From NCBI GenBank assembly GCA_043228905.1, contig JBHGNT010000009.1:21080001-21144000 (forward strand): 64,000 nt of DNA, written 5' to 3'. Below the pieces are notes generated by a model. That model was not told the DNA's origin. It ran no database searches and saw nothing but the letters and a program-made list of their open reading frames with translations. The translations under genes were made by a program, and so were the position numbers. The stretch is from Azolla caroliniana. Lineage: Eukaryota > Plantae > Polypodiophyta. Positions 24,701-38,249 of this stretch are shown in pieces (position 1 is the first letter of the stretch; every line of letters starts with the position of its first letter).

Positions 24701-27400
24701 AAAAGCAATAGGGTGACCGCCTTGATAAAGAACGGCACCAATAGCATAATCACTGGCATCGATTTCGATTGAGAAACGCTTAGAAGGGTCCAATAATAGA
24801 AGAGTGGGAGCCAGACACACATGCTCTTTGAGTGTCTCAAATGATTTGTCAAGTTGTTCATTCCATGCAATTGGTTTGCCACACTTACGTGGATGACCTT
24901 TTAAAAGGTCAGTTAATGGCGTAGTCAATTTGGAATAGTTACGAACAGATTTTCGTGAAAATCCAATAAACCCTAAGAATGATCGCAATTCACGAATATT
25001 ACGAGGAATGGGCAAAAGTTTAACCTTTTCAATACGAGAAGGTTCAATTTCAAAACCATTTTCCGTAATTAAATGACCTAGTTACACAATAGATTTTTGG
25101 AAAAAATCACATTTTGAATGTTTTGCATAGAAAGAGTTGTCACGCAACTTTTGCAAAACAAATCGAACATGTTGAACATGATCTTGCAAGGTACGACTAT
25201 ATATCAAAATATCATCCAAGAAGACGACAACAAAATCACCGAGTTGATATCAGAAAACGTCATTCATCGCTTGTTGGAATGTGGCCGGTGTATTAGTCAA
25301 CCCGAAAGGCATGACTAAAAACTCATAATGGCCATAGCACGTACGAAAAGCGGTTTTAGGAATATCATCCTCAGCAATACAAATCTGATGATAACCTGTC
25401 CATAAGTCAATTTTCGTAAAATATCGAGCCCCATGCAAACGATCAATCAAATCCTTGGCACGAGGTAACGAATATATGCATTTTTAATTGTCATTTTATT
25501 CAAACGGCGATAATTGATACACATTCGTCATGAACCTTCGGCGCACCCCAAGTTGATTTACTATACCTAATGTGGCCCATACTCAAGTATTCCTTAACTT
25601 GTTTAGCGATCTCATCCTCTTCTAATCGACTAAGTCGGTAAGGTGGAATGCTCACAAGAGCAACACCAGGAATGAGTTCGATTTGATGGTCCACATTACG
25701 TTTTGGAGGCAAACTAAGTGGCAATTCGTTAGGAAACACGCCTTGAAAATCGTCTAAAATAGAGTCGAGTAATCGTTGTTCATCATGTGGTAATTGTGTG
25801 GCGTCAATATTAAAATAATAAAATTGAAGCACATGATCAATTACACACAAATAAATTAATGAACTTGAATACTCACTTAAAGATTTAGAAGACACAAGTG
25901 AACGAGAAGGAAGTTTGGAACATTGAATAAAATGTTTACAATTATTAAGTTCAAAAATGATCGAGTGATTAACCCAATCAATGGACAAAGAAGGGTTTTT
26001 ATTAAAAAACCAAGGGTATCCTAAAATGACATCTACGGATTGTAGTTTCATAACATGAAAGTCAAACTTCTCCAAATAGGTATCTATTTGAATTGGCAGT
26101 TGACAAACAATGCCACTGATGTATTGAACACTTCCATTTGCCATATGAACTTGATATATATGAACACTTGCATTTATGTGGAGTTCCATTTGTTGCACAA
26201 AGTGATCATTAAGAAAATTGTGAGATCTACCGGAATCAAACAAGAAATTGTGCTTGTGTTCCATTGATATACCCAACTGCTCGGAGTAAATCATTAGGTC
26301 CAAGTAAATGTGAAGGAAAAGTGCATTCACATGAACTTAAGTGGTTGGCATGAGCTTCAACAACATCAAAAGACTCACCTGTGTGACTCGTAGATTTGTC
26401 TTGAGGAGGGGTGTTCATTGACTTCCTCTCAAGACGACGACATGTATCCTTTGTGTGGCCCCGTTTCTTGCAATATGCACATAAGAGGTTAGGTTTCTTG
26501 GAGTCGCAGTCAAGAGTGTCATTGGATTGCTTATGTTTCCCAATGAACTTGACATTTTGAGTTTTGGTGAACTCAGGTTTATTGTGGTCAATCTTGGAAG
26601 TTCTATGGTAACGAAGTACAATGTTGACGACTTCCTCAAAAGTTGTGGGGTCGTTGTCATGGACAATCCAATGGTAATCCCCATTAGGAATACCAGTCAA
26701 AAAGCAAGCAACAAACCATTTCTCACCCGTAAGTCCCGATTTTTGGATCTAGGTCCGAGCATGATGCACATAATCATCGAGAGAGGTAAATGGCTTACTC
26801 AACAACGTGAGCAAGTGTTGCGCTTGTTTAGTTTGAGAAGGTGGCTACAAAAACAGTTTCTTAAAAACATCAACGAAACCTTCCCAAGTTGTGGGTAAGT
26901 TCTTTGCAGTCCTTAGGCCGCGCCACCAAGCAGCAGCTCGGCCACCTAACTCACGACCGATGTAACTAATTTTTAAATCGAACTTGGGGTGGAGCTCAAA
27001 GTGAGACTCCCAACGACCAAGCCAAGTGCTAATGGCCTCCTCGGTTCTTTCTTTCTTATCTCCCTTGAATGGCGTTACTACGAAAGAAGGCTCACCTTCT
27101 TTCTTAGACTCAATAGTCAATTCTTGGAATTTCTTTTCCAATGCCATATTGGCCTGCCTCATTTCGGCCAATTGATTCAATGTAGTAGTGAGCAATTGCT
27201 CAATAGTGATCTCAACTTGTGTGCAAGATGCGGATTGGAGTTTAGAGGTCTCGGTCGGAGAGATTGCTCCAACAACGTTCAAAACTTGTTCCATGATGCA
27301 AGTTGTGGGTATGCAATATAAATAAGGAGGTTTAGAAAATACACAAGCAAAATGAATGCTTGAAATTTTGATTGTAAGAACTTTACCAAGAAAGCATCTC
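21791..27400 (-). mobile_element. Degenerate Ty3/gypsy chromovirus (gag, PR, RT, RH, IN, chromodomain)
   Basis: Fragmented minus-strand ORFs: gag 26236-27290 (CAYCKKRGHTKDTC), [48 protein letters not shown], chromodomain ~22310-22470 (..LFKIKWMDEPIDDATWEHE..). PPT and 3' LTR start at 22267. Confidence 0.85.
22498..23136 (+). mobile_element. Solo LTR of the copia family at 56643-62109
   Basis: TG...CA ends, 5-bp TSD ATGGT on both sides, closely similar to 56643-57275. Inserted between the integrase core and chromodomain of the chromovirus. Confidence 0.92.
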
Positions 27401-27918
27401 ACATCTTTACCCCTCTAGACATATTAGATGTGATTTGAGATCCGATAACTATGGTAACACTATGTTGTTTTAAAAACCATGGGGGAAAACATAACTAAGA
27501 CGTCTTTCTCGGATCTCTATCTTGAATAATCATGGCGGCTCCTCGAGGCTCAACCATGGTTCTAACATCAACGTAGTTTCCTAGTTAGCCTTATATTAGG
27601 ATGCCAACCCAACATGTATTGATATGGTCGAGAAAGTGTATTACGTGAAAAAACAAGTGCACTCCCAAGTAATATTTTAGTCTTGCAAGTAACAAGCAAA
27701 TGTTATGAAAGAAACAATAAAATAAGGCACTACCCATAAGAATCAAGCAATGACGAAAACAAGGGTCAAAAAACCCATGTGTTACCTACTAAAAAAAAAT
27801 GTCACAAATAAATGGATGGTGCGAGGTATGCACATATACATCCCAATATGGTGGTTGTAATTTGTGACATAAGCCACAAATAGATACAAGTGGCGGCGGT
27901 GTTGTGACATAAGCCACA

Positions 27919-28235
27919 AATACGTAGAATACATCGAATGCTTAGAATGCACAAAATATTTATTGAATACGTAGAATACATCGAATACTTAGAATGCACG
28001 AAATATTTATTAAATACGTAGAATACATTGAATACTTAGAATGCACGAAATATTTATTAAATACGTAGAATACATTGAATACCTAGAATGCACAAAATAT
28101 TTATTAAATACGTAGAATACATCGAATACTTAGAATGCACGAAATATTTATTAAATACATAGAATACATCAAATACATTTTAGAATATTTTGTGTATTCT
28201 AAGTATTCAATGTATTCCACGTATTTAATAAGTAT
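27919..28235. repeat. 47-bp minisatellite (~5.5 copies) followed by an inverted copy
   Basis: TAC(G/A)TAGAATACAT... at 27921, 27968, 28015, 28062, 28109, 28156. Reverse-complement unit at ~28185-28235. Confidence 0.88.
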
Positions 28236-29787
28236 TTAACATTTGCAAAAAGTTTTTTTTGAAATAAATTTAAATTATAAGAAGTGTTTAACATATCTTA
28301 CACTTATTCTACATATTTATGTGTTCATAGTTCTACCTATTTCCATTTCGGATAGTTGGGAACTACAACGGGTTGGTTGCCAACCAATTTTAGTTCAATA
28401 TGTGGGAATAGATTATCATAAATAAAGATCTCAAATGTTTGTAGATTGAAACAAATCAAATAAATGGATTTGTGCCAACTCCTTTCACTAATTGTGCTAA
28501 CTTAATTAGGACAATTAGTTAAGGATTCCCCTTAACTGATATACCACAAGAATATGACAAGACTTGCATATCTATACATAACCTAGCTTGATCAATGTAC
28601 GATCTCTTATCTTAAGAGGAATGGGAAATATTTGATTGAAGAATGTTACAATGGAAAATCCTCCATAAATTGTGCTTGCAATAGAAAAGCATGTCCGATT
28701 AAGAAAAGTGGTGCAAAGAAGTTACCATAAAAGTGGTCAATCAAGCATGGTGTGAAGGATAATCTTCCTAACTCATCTTTGCCTCTGTCCTACTTTAATT
28801 TAATAACAAATAAATCCCAACAATGTTATAAAATGGATCGTTGTGGAAAAAACACTAGTGTACTATGTTATAGAAAGCCCTTCAAATAATTATATTTCAT
28901 TGACTATAATGAATCCAATAAAGAACATATTCAAATGTCACAATCCATACATCTATCCATTGATGCAAATAATGCATCTTCTATAGCACCAAAAGGACAC
29001 AATAAAAAGGGCAAGTCAATAATAATCAAAGCCAATCAAATAATGTAATGTCATTTTGCTAGGAAAATAGTGTTGATGTACATGAGATCAACCAATAACA
29101 TGATTTTCAACATACAAGTTGCTTTCGTAAAGATGCGTTTTTATGAGAAAAATATGTGCACATCATCAACATCATTGTATAATCATCTTTGAATTGCATC
29201 GTTTTCACCCCTTGGGGTTGTGGATTTGTGGATTTGTAAAACTAGTTTTTTGAAGTGAAAATGATGTGTACCACCATATGTTGAACCCAAAAAACATGAA
29301 TGATTTTTACGACGAATATTAGACACATTACATTAGACTTGGACTCACATCTTAAGCTCATAAAGATAATAGTTGCCTCTACCTATATGTTTGATGTGAA
29401 TGCTTGGACATTGTGATTTAGTACATAATATCTTGGTCTTTTAGGGTTTGCTCCCCATCCTTGCTTTTTTAGAGTATGCATTAAGCCTCTGAGTGGGTAC
29501 TCATCCACCTATTTGCATTAAAAGTGTCCATCCAATGTGTGTTAAGGCCTAGCCACCATATCACGCTATCTTGTGGTTATTCTCATCTATGATGTTCCGA
29601 GAATCAAATTCAACGCATGAAAATCTTCATTGTTCTCTTCGGCTCTTTTCACACAATAGAGGAAATTGTGCCACTTCCTTGGCACTATGGGTTGGGAGGA
29701 ACACTTCTTGTGTGGCCTACATGACATGAGAAACACATGAAGTGGCAAAGGAAATGTATTGAGTATGAGTAAATATGGGTCACATAC

Positions 29788-30697
29788 TAGGGATCGGCAA
29801 CGGTTCGGTTTAGGCTTAGCCGGTTTGGCCTGATCCAAGCCAAACCGGCTAAGCCTAAACTGTTTACGAGATCTCAAACCTAAACGGTTTGTACAATCTC
29901 TCCCTCCCACTCTCTCTCACGTCTGTGGTCTCGACTCTCTCCCTCCCTCCCTCCCTCTCCCCTCTATGTAGTTCCTCTCTTTCCTTGTTTTTTTTATCGT
30001 AATTAGCTTACCCTAGTGGTAAGTCGATAACACTACAAGCATTGTGTCTTGGGTTTGAAACCCAATTTTCTCACCTCACTGTTATATACTTCATATATAT
30101 CTCTATTTCACTAGATGCCACTGTGGAATGTAGGGGTTGAACCCATGACAACCTGGGGTCTCCATTGGGCAACCTTACCAATTGAGCTACATCCATCTGG
30201 GCTCTCTCTCTCTGTCTCTCCCCTTTGTGTAGTCTCTCTCTCATTCACTCTCTCTCTCTCTCTCTCTTTCCTTATATGTTGTCTCCCTCCCTCCCTCTCT
30301 CTCTCTCTCTCCTCGTCTTTTAGTTATGATGACGGGATAAATACTCTATTGTTGTAAACCAATTGTCTCATGGGCCAAATTTGGCCTTAGAAGACGTTAA
30401 TACATCTTTCTTTCTTTCTTTCTCTCTCTCCTTATATGTTGTCTCCCTCCCTCTCTCTCTCCACGTCTGTGTAGTTCTCCCTCCCTCACTCTCTCTCTCT
30501 CTCCCATTGTCTGTTTAGTCTCCCTCACTCCCTCTCTCTCTCTTTCCCCTTGTCTGTTGTCACTCTCCCCCTCTCTCTAAAGTTTATAAACGGTTTAGCC
30601 GGTTTGGCAAGGCTCGAGCCAAGCCGAGCCGCTAAGCCGTTTTCAAGCCGGCTAAGCCAAACGGTTTAGGCTTGAGTCGAGCTGTTGCCGATCCCTA
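29788..30697. mobile_element. Non-autonomous hAT element / MITE
   Basis: TIRs TAGGGATCGGCAAC / GTTGCCGATCCCTA, perfect 8-bp TSD TCACATAC (29780-29787, 30698-30705), subterminal CGGTTT/AAGCCG repeats, CT-rich interior. Confidence 0.92.
30122..30195 (-). pseudogene. tRNA-derived sequence (SINE head or tRNA pseudogene) inside the hAT MITE
   Basis: Minus strand TGGATGTAGCTCAATTGGTAAGG...GGGTTCAACCCCTACATTCCA has A-box and B-box motifs. No clean anticodon arm. Confidence 0.5.
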
Positions 30698-30891
30698 TCA
30701 CATACCACACCAAACATGTGTTAGGTTACAGTCATTAAGATAAAGAGAGATTATAATTAGCAACTAATCATCCGAATCTCTATTAGGTTAAGTTAATTGC
30801 TCGTGATTAGTGAAAGGAGAAGCGTAATGAAAAAATCATTGGAGAAACTGGTTTAGAACCTCATGAACCAATCCGGAATTCCTCGGTTTGG

Positions 30892-32852
30892 ATGAAGAAT
30901 GCTGCTCCTGCTACCTTTGCAATGCATGCATCTAACTGTAGATGCTCATGGGATAGTGTCATCCATGGCTGCATCAGACGTGGAAACCTCAGAGATGCCC
31001 TGGATGCCTTCAAAAGCATGCAAGAGGCTTCCATACAACCTAGTTGCTTTACTTTTATTGCCTTGTTGAAAGCTTGTGGTAAGCTAAAAGATGTAGAAAA
31101 TGGATGTATTTTACATGCAGAAATCGCCACAAATGGATTGTTGCAAACGAATCAATTCATTGGAAATGGATTGGTCGATATGTATGCAAAATGTGGTATG
31201 CTTGATAAAGCCAGAGATGTGTTTCGTACTCTACCGTACCGAGATGTGGTCACATGGACTGTGTTGATAGGGGGCTATTCACACCATGGTCATGGTGAGG
31301 AAGCACTCTGCTTGTATGACAAGATGTTGCTTGATGGCATATATCCAAATGCCATTACCTTCTGTTGTCTCTTAAAAGCTTGTGGAAGCATCCAAGCAGT
31401 TGATAAAGGGACTGAAATACATGGTCACATTGATAGAATAGGGCTTCTTGAATCAAATCTCTATGTTGGTAATGCCTTGGTTAATATGTATTCTAAATGG
31501 GGTATGTTTGAAAAAGCAGGGAATGTATTTGAGATGCTACCTGTTCGAGATTCGATCACATGGAATGCATTGATTTCTGGTTATGTTCAATTGGACCATA
31601 ATGAAAAAGCTTTGAATTGCTTTGAACATATGCAATCCGAGGGTATCGCTCCCAATGCTGTGACCTTTTGTTGCGTCCTAAAGGCTTGTGGTAATGTCCA
31701 GACATTAGATAAGGGTAGAGAGATACATGATGCTATTGCCAGGAATGGGTTTTAGGAACAAATCTTTTTGTCAGTAATGCATTAGTCAATATGTACACAA
31801 AACGTGGGATGCTAGAGAAAGCTCGTGAAGTATTTGACAAGCTTCCATGTCATGATGTCGTCTCATGGAATGCACTCATTACAGGATACACTGATCATGA
31901 ATATGATGAGGAAGCATTAATGTGCTTCGAAAAAATGCAACTTGAATACATATCACCTGATATCATTACCTTTTCTTGCATCTTAAAAACATGTGGAAGC
32001 ATGAAGATCATTGATAAGGGCAGAGAAATACATGATCATCTTGTAACAATAGGGTATTTGGAAAAGCATCAAGAACTTGGAAGCACGCTTATAGATATGT
32101 ATATAAAATGTGAAGTGCTCGGTAGTGCACAGGAAGTGTTTGATACTCTTATAATAAGAGATGTTGTTACTTGGACCACACTCATTAGTGGGTATGTTCA
32201 GCATGATCATGGCAAGGAAGCACTTGATCTCTTTAACCGAATGAAGGTCGAGAGCATCTCTCCTGATAATATCACATTTTCTTGCATCTTGAAAACCTGT
32301 GGCAGCATGGGAGCTACTGATAAAGGTTTACAAATACATGCCGGAAATGTGAAAATGGGTCTCTTGGGCTCAGATTTGAGCTTTATTAATGCATTGCTCG
32401 AAATGTATGCAAAATGTGGATTCATAATGAATGTAGAGAAAGTTTTTGATAGTGTTTCAATTCATGATGTGGTCTCGTGGACTTCACTTATTTCAGGATA
32501 TGCCCAAGTAGGGAAACTTGAAGAGGTTCTTCACATATTCGATAGAATGAGAACCCAACATAATATGCCAGATCCAATTACATTTGTTAGTGTGCTTAAT
32601 GCTTGCAATCATGGAGGTCTGGTGGATGAAGGGCAAATGTATTTTGAGGCTATGATTAAAGATTATGGCATCACTCCTACACTCGAGCATCACACATGCC
32701 TAGTAGATCTTTTTGGCCGATCAGGTCAGTTAGAAAAAGCTATAATAGCAATGGAGGAAACACTATTTTATCCGAACAGTGTGATGTGGCATGCTATGTT
32801 GGGTGCTTGTAGGAAGTGGGGCAATGTAAAGCTCAGAAGTGGGGCAATGTAA
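30892..32852 (+). pseudogene. PLS-class pentatricopeptide repeat gene (organellar RNA-editing factor type), frameshifted and truncated in the E domain
   Basis: Repeated LVDMYAKCG / DVVTW / PNAITF..LLKACG motifs, EHHTCLVDLFGRSG, WHAMLGACRKWGN. One T missing at ~31750-31753 breaks the frame. A ~22-bp duplication at ~32813-32856 ends the ORF. Confidence 0.85.
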
Positions 32853-35800
32853 AGCTTAGAATATGAGTGAGATAGATGGATAGACAGATATTTAATTTAA
32901 TTTTCGCAGGATCTATGGAATGAGCAGAGCCCATCTCGAATATTATTGGAGTAACACATACTAATGCAATATTTGATGCCCTTGTAAGGTCATCATAAAC
33001 TTTTTATTCCCTTTCACTTACATCTCTCCACAAGGACTTGGAAGTTGGAAGCCAATCAAGAGACAATGTATTCACGAGAAAAGAACTCTCCGATGAAACA
33101 AAAACACATCCATGTTGTGCAACAAAAATTGTCGACAGGGAGAACACCTTATGGGGAACTCTTTAAATTCAAACCCACCCTCAGGACTTAAGACAATATA
33201 AATCAAATGTTGCCCGATAGTGAAGGGCCGGTTGAACAAAACAAAATATGCAGAGGTTGGTTGACAATGCATGCAGATATACAAAGGGATTTAAACCTTA
33301 TCCAAGGTAACTATGCCAGCCAGTTCGACTCAACAAGCACCTCCTCTGACATAACACTTAAACACGGTAACATAGAACAAAGTTTAGAACTCTAGGACCG
33401 ATCTGAATTTCCTAAAACTACCCAATCATACCGTGTTAGATGTGAAAGCGACATGTTTGATGCACCGCCTTGCAAGGGTTCTTACTACTTAATGAATTGC
33501 AACAATAATGCACATGCCGTAGGAAATTTGGATTGTATACTTAGTGGGACAAGGTCTGAAACTATGTTACTAAGGGTCTGAAAATAAGCATCGTAATTGA
33601 AAAACAAACTTTAGTGAGAGACAAGTTCCTAAAGAAGTTTGACTCTATTGAACACGAGTTAACAACAATAAAGGGAGCATCACACATCTCTTACTAACAA
33701 AAGTTTACAGCCAAACATCATTAGGCCAGGCAGCACCCTTCAACGCCTATAGAAGATGGAGAAATAAACCTCCTACATTCAAACATTTCTAATGGCCATT
33801 TGAGGAAAAAGGATTGGGTGGATCCTAGGGTGAGATCAAATACCCACCCTAGATTCTCTCCCCCAAGAGCAACTCTACTCAAATCAAAACCTTTTTGTAT
33901 CTCTAAACTCTATACAATATCAATATCCCTGATGGAGAATAAAATCAGTTATTTATTGTCGATGAGGAGGCCAATTTTGACCTATGGTACCAAATAAACA
34001 TATCATCTTGAATGTGACTCCTTGCTAAGAAGACGGGTTATTACCTTGTTGTGAAAATAATGCATGCGCATATGTGTGCACCCTTTTTTGGTGGAGATTT
34101 GGTGAAGATTTGAGTGATATGTGTGTATGTATATATCATATATGTATGTATGTATGTATCTATGTATGTATACATCTAAACGAATGGTTTTATAATATTC
34201 TTGGGGTCGTTTTATATTCTCGAATATAGCGAATATTGCGGATGTAGAATACCACGAATATTACGCATGAATCAATCTATGTACATATATATATATATCT
34301 TGGAGGGAGTGTGTATGTGGAGGTTGAGGTGAGGTAGCACGGTGAGAAGTGGGGGCATTTCGGTTAGAAAGTGATGTGTCTATGGGTGAGGGGGTGATCG
34401 ATGACAAGAGGCAAGGGGCAGATGATGAACCAAGAAGGTGGCAAGGGATGGAGGAATGGGGGTAAAAAGGAAAAGTATTATGGCAAAAGTAAAAGAAAAA
34501 AATAAGGAAAGAAGGGAGATAAGAGAGAGAAACAAAAACAAAAAGGAATAAGTGAAAAAATATGTACAAGAACCCATGAATTTTATGGTTTGCAACCCTA
34601 TGATCTGAAAACAACAAGATAAGGAGAGGGAAGGGAGAAACCACAACTTAAGTGTCTCATGGACATTGGTGTTACTACTTAGTCTAAAGAGATTATGTTC
34701 ATGGCGAGTGATTGTTCCTCTAAACAACCACAATCTCTAATGTATTGTGAGATTTGACTATGACTGACATTTTCGAGGGAAGCTCCATATAGGTATCTTG
34801 TTTGGAATGGCATGTTGAGGTTAAACATGGGTGTTTGGATGCAATTGCCAAGCTCAATGGTACAAGTCAAAGGTTTTTTCATTGTAGACCCAAGAAGTGG
34901 CATGTTTGACAAACCAGTGTGGGCATTGGTAGAGACTAAAAGGTGAGGGGTGGTCCGACACAAAGAGCATTATGTGGCAACTCAAGATGAACGCGAGGGC
35001 CAAAATTGAGTGTTACCTGTAAAGAATCAAAAGATGGATTCTTGTGAAGCAGAATAGATGTGTGTTATGTGCGTATGTGTGTGTGTGAGAGAGACACACA
35101 CACAAAGTATACGAAAGGTAGATTGTATTAACAAAGGAGAAAGACTCAACACTATACAAGGAGGGAGGAGGGTGCTTTATATAGTCACCCTCTCTCTTCA
35201 TTAACTATAAGACTCATGGCGCATGGGGAATGTGAAAGCTTATAAGTTATGTGCCATAGAATATGATTCTATGACTCATACTAAATGCTAGAATACAAAG
35301 TGGTGACATAATGGTGACATAATGGTGACTCTTGACCGTTGGAGTGTCTATTCACTCTCAAGGTGAGTTCACACACTAGACCAAGTTGAGCTTGATTCTC
35401 AACACCTTCGTACAAACTTTGCACTTTCATGGTTTGATGGGAGATTGATATCAACTAAGGATGACACAACGAATACATCACTCATCAATGATGAATGAGG
35501 TACTAGCTGAACAAAACAATGTGCATGGAGGTTGGTTTATCTCTAGGGTAACATAACTAAACTTGAACCAAGACACGTGTGAGCCAGCTAGCATGCCAAA
35601 TACATTGGCAGAAACTACAACATGAACATGCCGATGTAATACTAGAAATTAGAATAATAGGACAAGAAATGGATTGCCAATATGATTGATTGCTCAAAGG
35701 AATACAACCAAACTAGTACAACACAAAATCAAAGTAGCATTACAAGAATGAACCTTGGAATGATACAACTATTAATAAAGCTAAATCTATATATTATGAT

Positions 35801-36589
35801 CTTATAACACTCAAATGTGCTAGATCACCTTTGGAAAAGGCTCCCATGCAAAGGTAAGTATGCTAGACCAAGTATTACACAACACCTATAAGTGAAAACA
35901 AAAACATCCAATAAGAGACAAGCCAACAATCTATTAAAGTGAACCAAAATTCTTGAGACTCATATAAGATACCCACACCTCACAAAAACCTTGGGTGGCC
36001 ATACAAGCTATACATGCATTAATCTCCCTAATGGAAAAGGAGAGATAATCCATACAACCCTCTTAAAAACCAATTAATGACAATTGTGAGTGTGCACAAA
36101 TTAGCAATTTGGTCTTGAAGTTTACATAGTTTGGTGATGCTTATAACCACATGGAGCACTTCAAACGAAATCCTCAAGCTTATGAGCTTATTACAAATGT
36201 AATGTGTTTATGACCTTCAAGATCACACTTGATGACTAACCTAACATGTGGTTATAGGTTCGTCAAGGTGATATGCTAAACAAATTCAATTATGTGGAGA
36301 AGTTTTATCATTGTGTGCTACGTGAAACCTATTGATCAACTACTTATCACTCAAATAATGCAAGGGAGACAATGTAAGCTTACATCATGCATGCCAAAAG
36401 CATGCATAATTGATGCAAACCATAAGATAAAATGTAAAATGACAAACTCGTGAGTTGGTTTGTCAAAGGGTTATGTGATCTTACCTTACCTAATTTCTTG
36501 TTTGTCGAATCATGTAGGTCCTTTTTTGAAGCTTACTCCATGGTAATGGTCATGAAAGAGTCCATGATTAGACTCTAGAGCAAATCGCT

Positions 36590-37560
36590 TGTAATGTGAA
36601 AGGTCGTCTTCGAGGGTAGGGTGCTAGTAATGGCATCTAAAATAGATTTGGTTTTTGTTTAATATTTTGAGAAATAACTATCATCAAGGTATTTCCCTCG
36701 AAGGCGATCTAAAATATTAGATTTTATTTCCGTGAAACTAAGCATGTTAATTTCTTTAATGTGACTAAGAGCATCTACAACAGTGTTCATAGAACCCTTG
36801 CGATACCGTATGGAAAAATCAAAATCTAGCATAAGGTCAGTCCAACAAACTTTATGACCAACAAGATCTGGTTGGTCACAAAAATACTTCAATGATTGAT
36901 GGTCTGTTGTAACCACAAATTTTTTTCCATAAAGATAGTGCCTCCATGTTTTAAGTGCATGTATTGCCGCAAACAACTCTCTCTTAAACCGAATACTGAG
37001 ATTAAGTAGCATCAAGCTTCTTAATTTCAAAAGCAATAGGGTGGCCGCTTTGATAAAGAATGACACCAATAGCATTATCACTAGCATCGGTTTCGATTGA
37101 GAAAGGCTTAGAAGGGTCCGATAATAGAAGAGAGGGAGCTTGACCCACATACTCTTTGAGTGTCTCAAATGATTTGTCAAGTTGTTCATTCCATGAAATT
37201 GTTTTGGCGGACTTACGTGGATGACCTTTTAAAAAGTTAGTTAATGTCGTAGTCAATTTGGAATAGTTACGAATTGATTTTCTTAAAAATACAAAAAATC
37301 CTAAGAATGATCGCAGTTCATGAATATTACGAGGAATGGGCCAAAGTTTAACCTTTTCAATATGAGAAGGTTCAATTTCAACGCAACTTTTGAATGTTTT
37401 GCATAGAAAGAGTTGTCACTCAACTTTTGCAAAACAAATTGAACATGTTGAGCATGATCTCACAAGGCACAACTATATACCAAAATATCATCCAAGAAGA
37501 AGACAACAAAATCACCAAGTTGATCTCAGAAAATATCATTCATCGCTTGTTGGAATGTGA
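36590..37560 (-). mobile_element. Fragment of the same chromovirus family (RT end and RNaseH)
   Basis: Collinear with ~24260-25280, with a deletion. Motifs ETDASDNAIG, TWRHYLYG, TDHQSLKY. Confidence 0.85.
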
Positions 37561-38249
37561 CTGGAGCATTACTCAATTCATGGAGGCCTTCGCCGGAAGG
37601 TCTATCTACTCAGTCGGTGACCTATATTCTAGGTACGATCACAATGTCATTTAGATTGATGCAATAGAAAAAGTCTAATCTCACTCTTAAGCTTGCAAGC
37701 TTGGTAACATGTGTTGTTATTTCACTTTAGATTATATTTATCATTTGAATTATTCTCATGCTATTTTTTGGCCTTTAAAGTGATGCCAACAAGAATACCA
37801 TTTTTCAATTGTTCAATAATAGGATCCCAATCCTTCTTCACTTCATTTATAATAGACATACTTTGAGATACCTAACATCTCTTATTTATCTAGCGTGGAA
37901 TCTAGTTGTCCATGAACCCACCAATTATATTGAGGTGCATTATGATTAACTGTTCATATTGAATCGTAAAGGCATATATATGGTCACCAAACTCAAGAAT
38001 CTTAAACCAAGTTGAGTCCAATTTACATTGCGCCAACCATACAATTTATTTTCATGTTATTGTTTGGCCTTTTTTACTTAATGACTGCTACTAAGAATGT
38101 CTTTTTTCAATTGTTTAATTTATGATTCCAGTCAATCTTTACTTCATATATAGGCGACATAGTTTGGGATATTTAAAACCTTTTTTTTTCTTAAAAGAAT
38201 ATACTCCATTAGTTAAAAATGACATACAATACACAACATTAGACATTAC

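Noticed and set aside
33000-34030. Possible LINE ORF1 remnant on the minus strand
   Set aside because: Too degenerate to support by eye.
35011-35404. Possible solo LTR (TGTT...AACA)
   Set aside because: No matching TSD and no second copy in the window.
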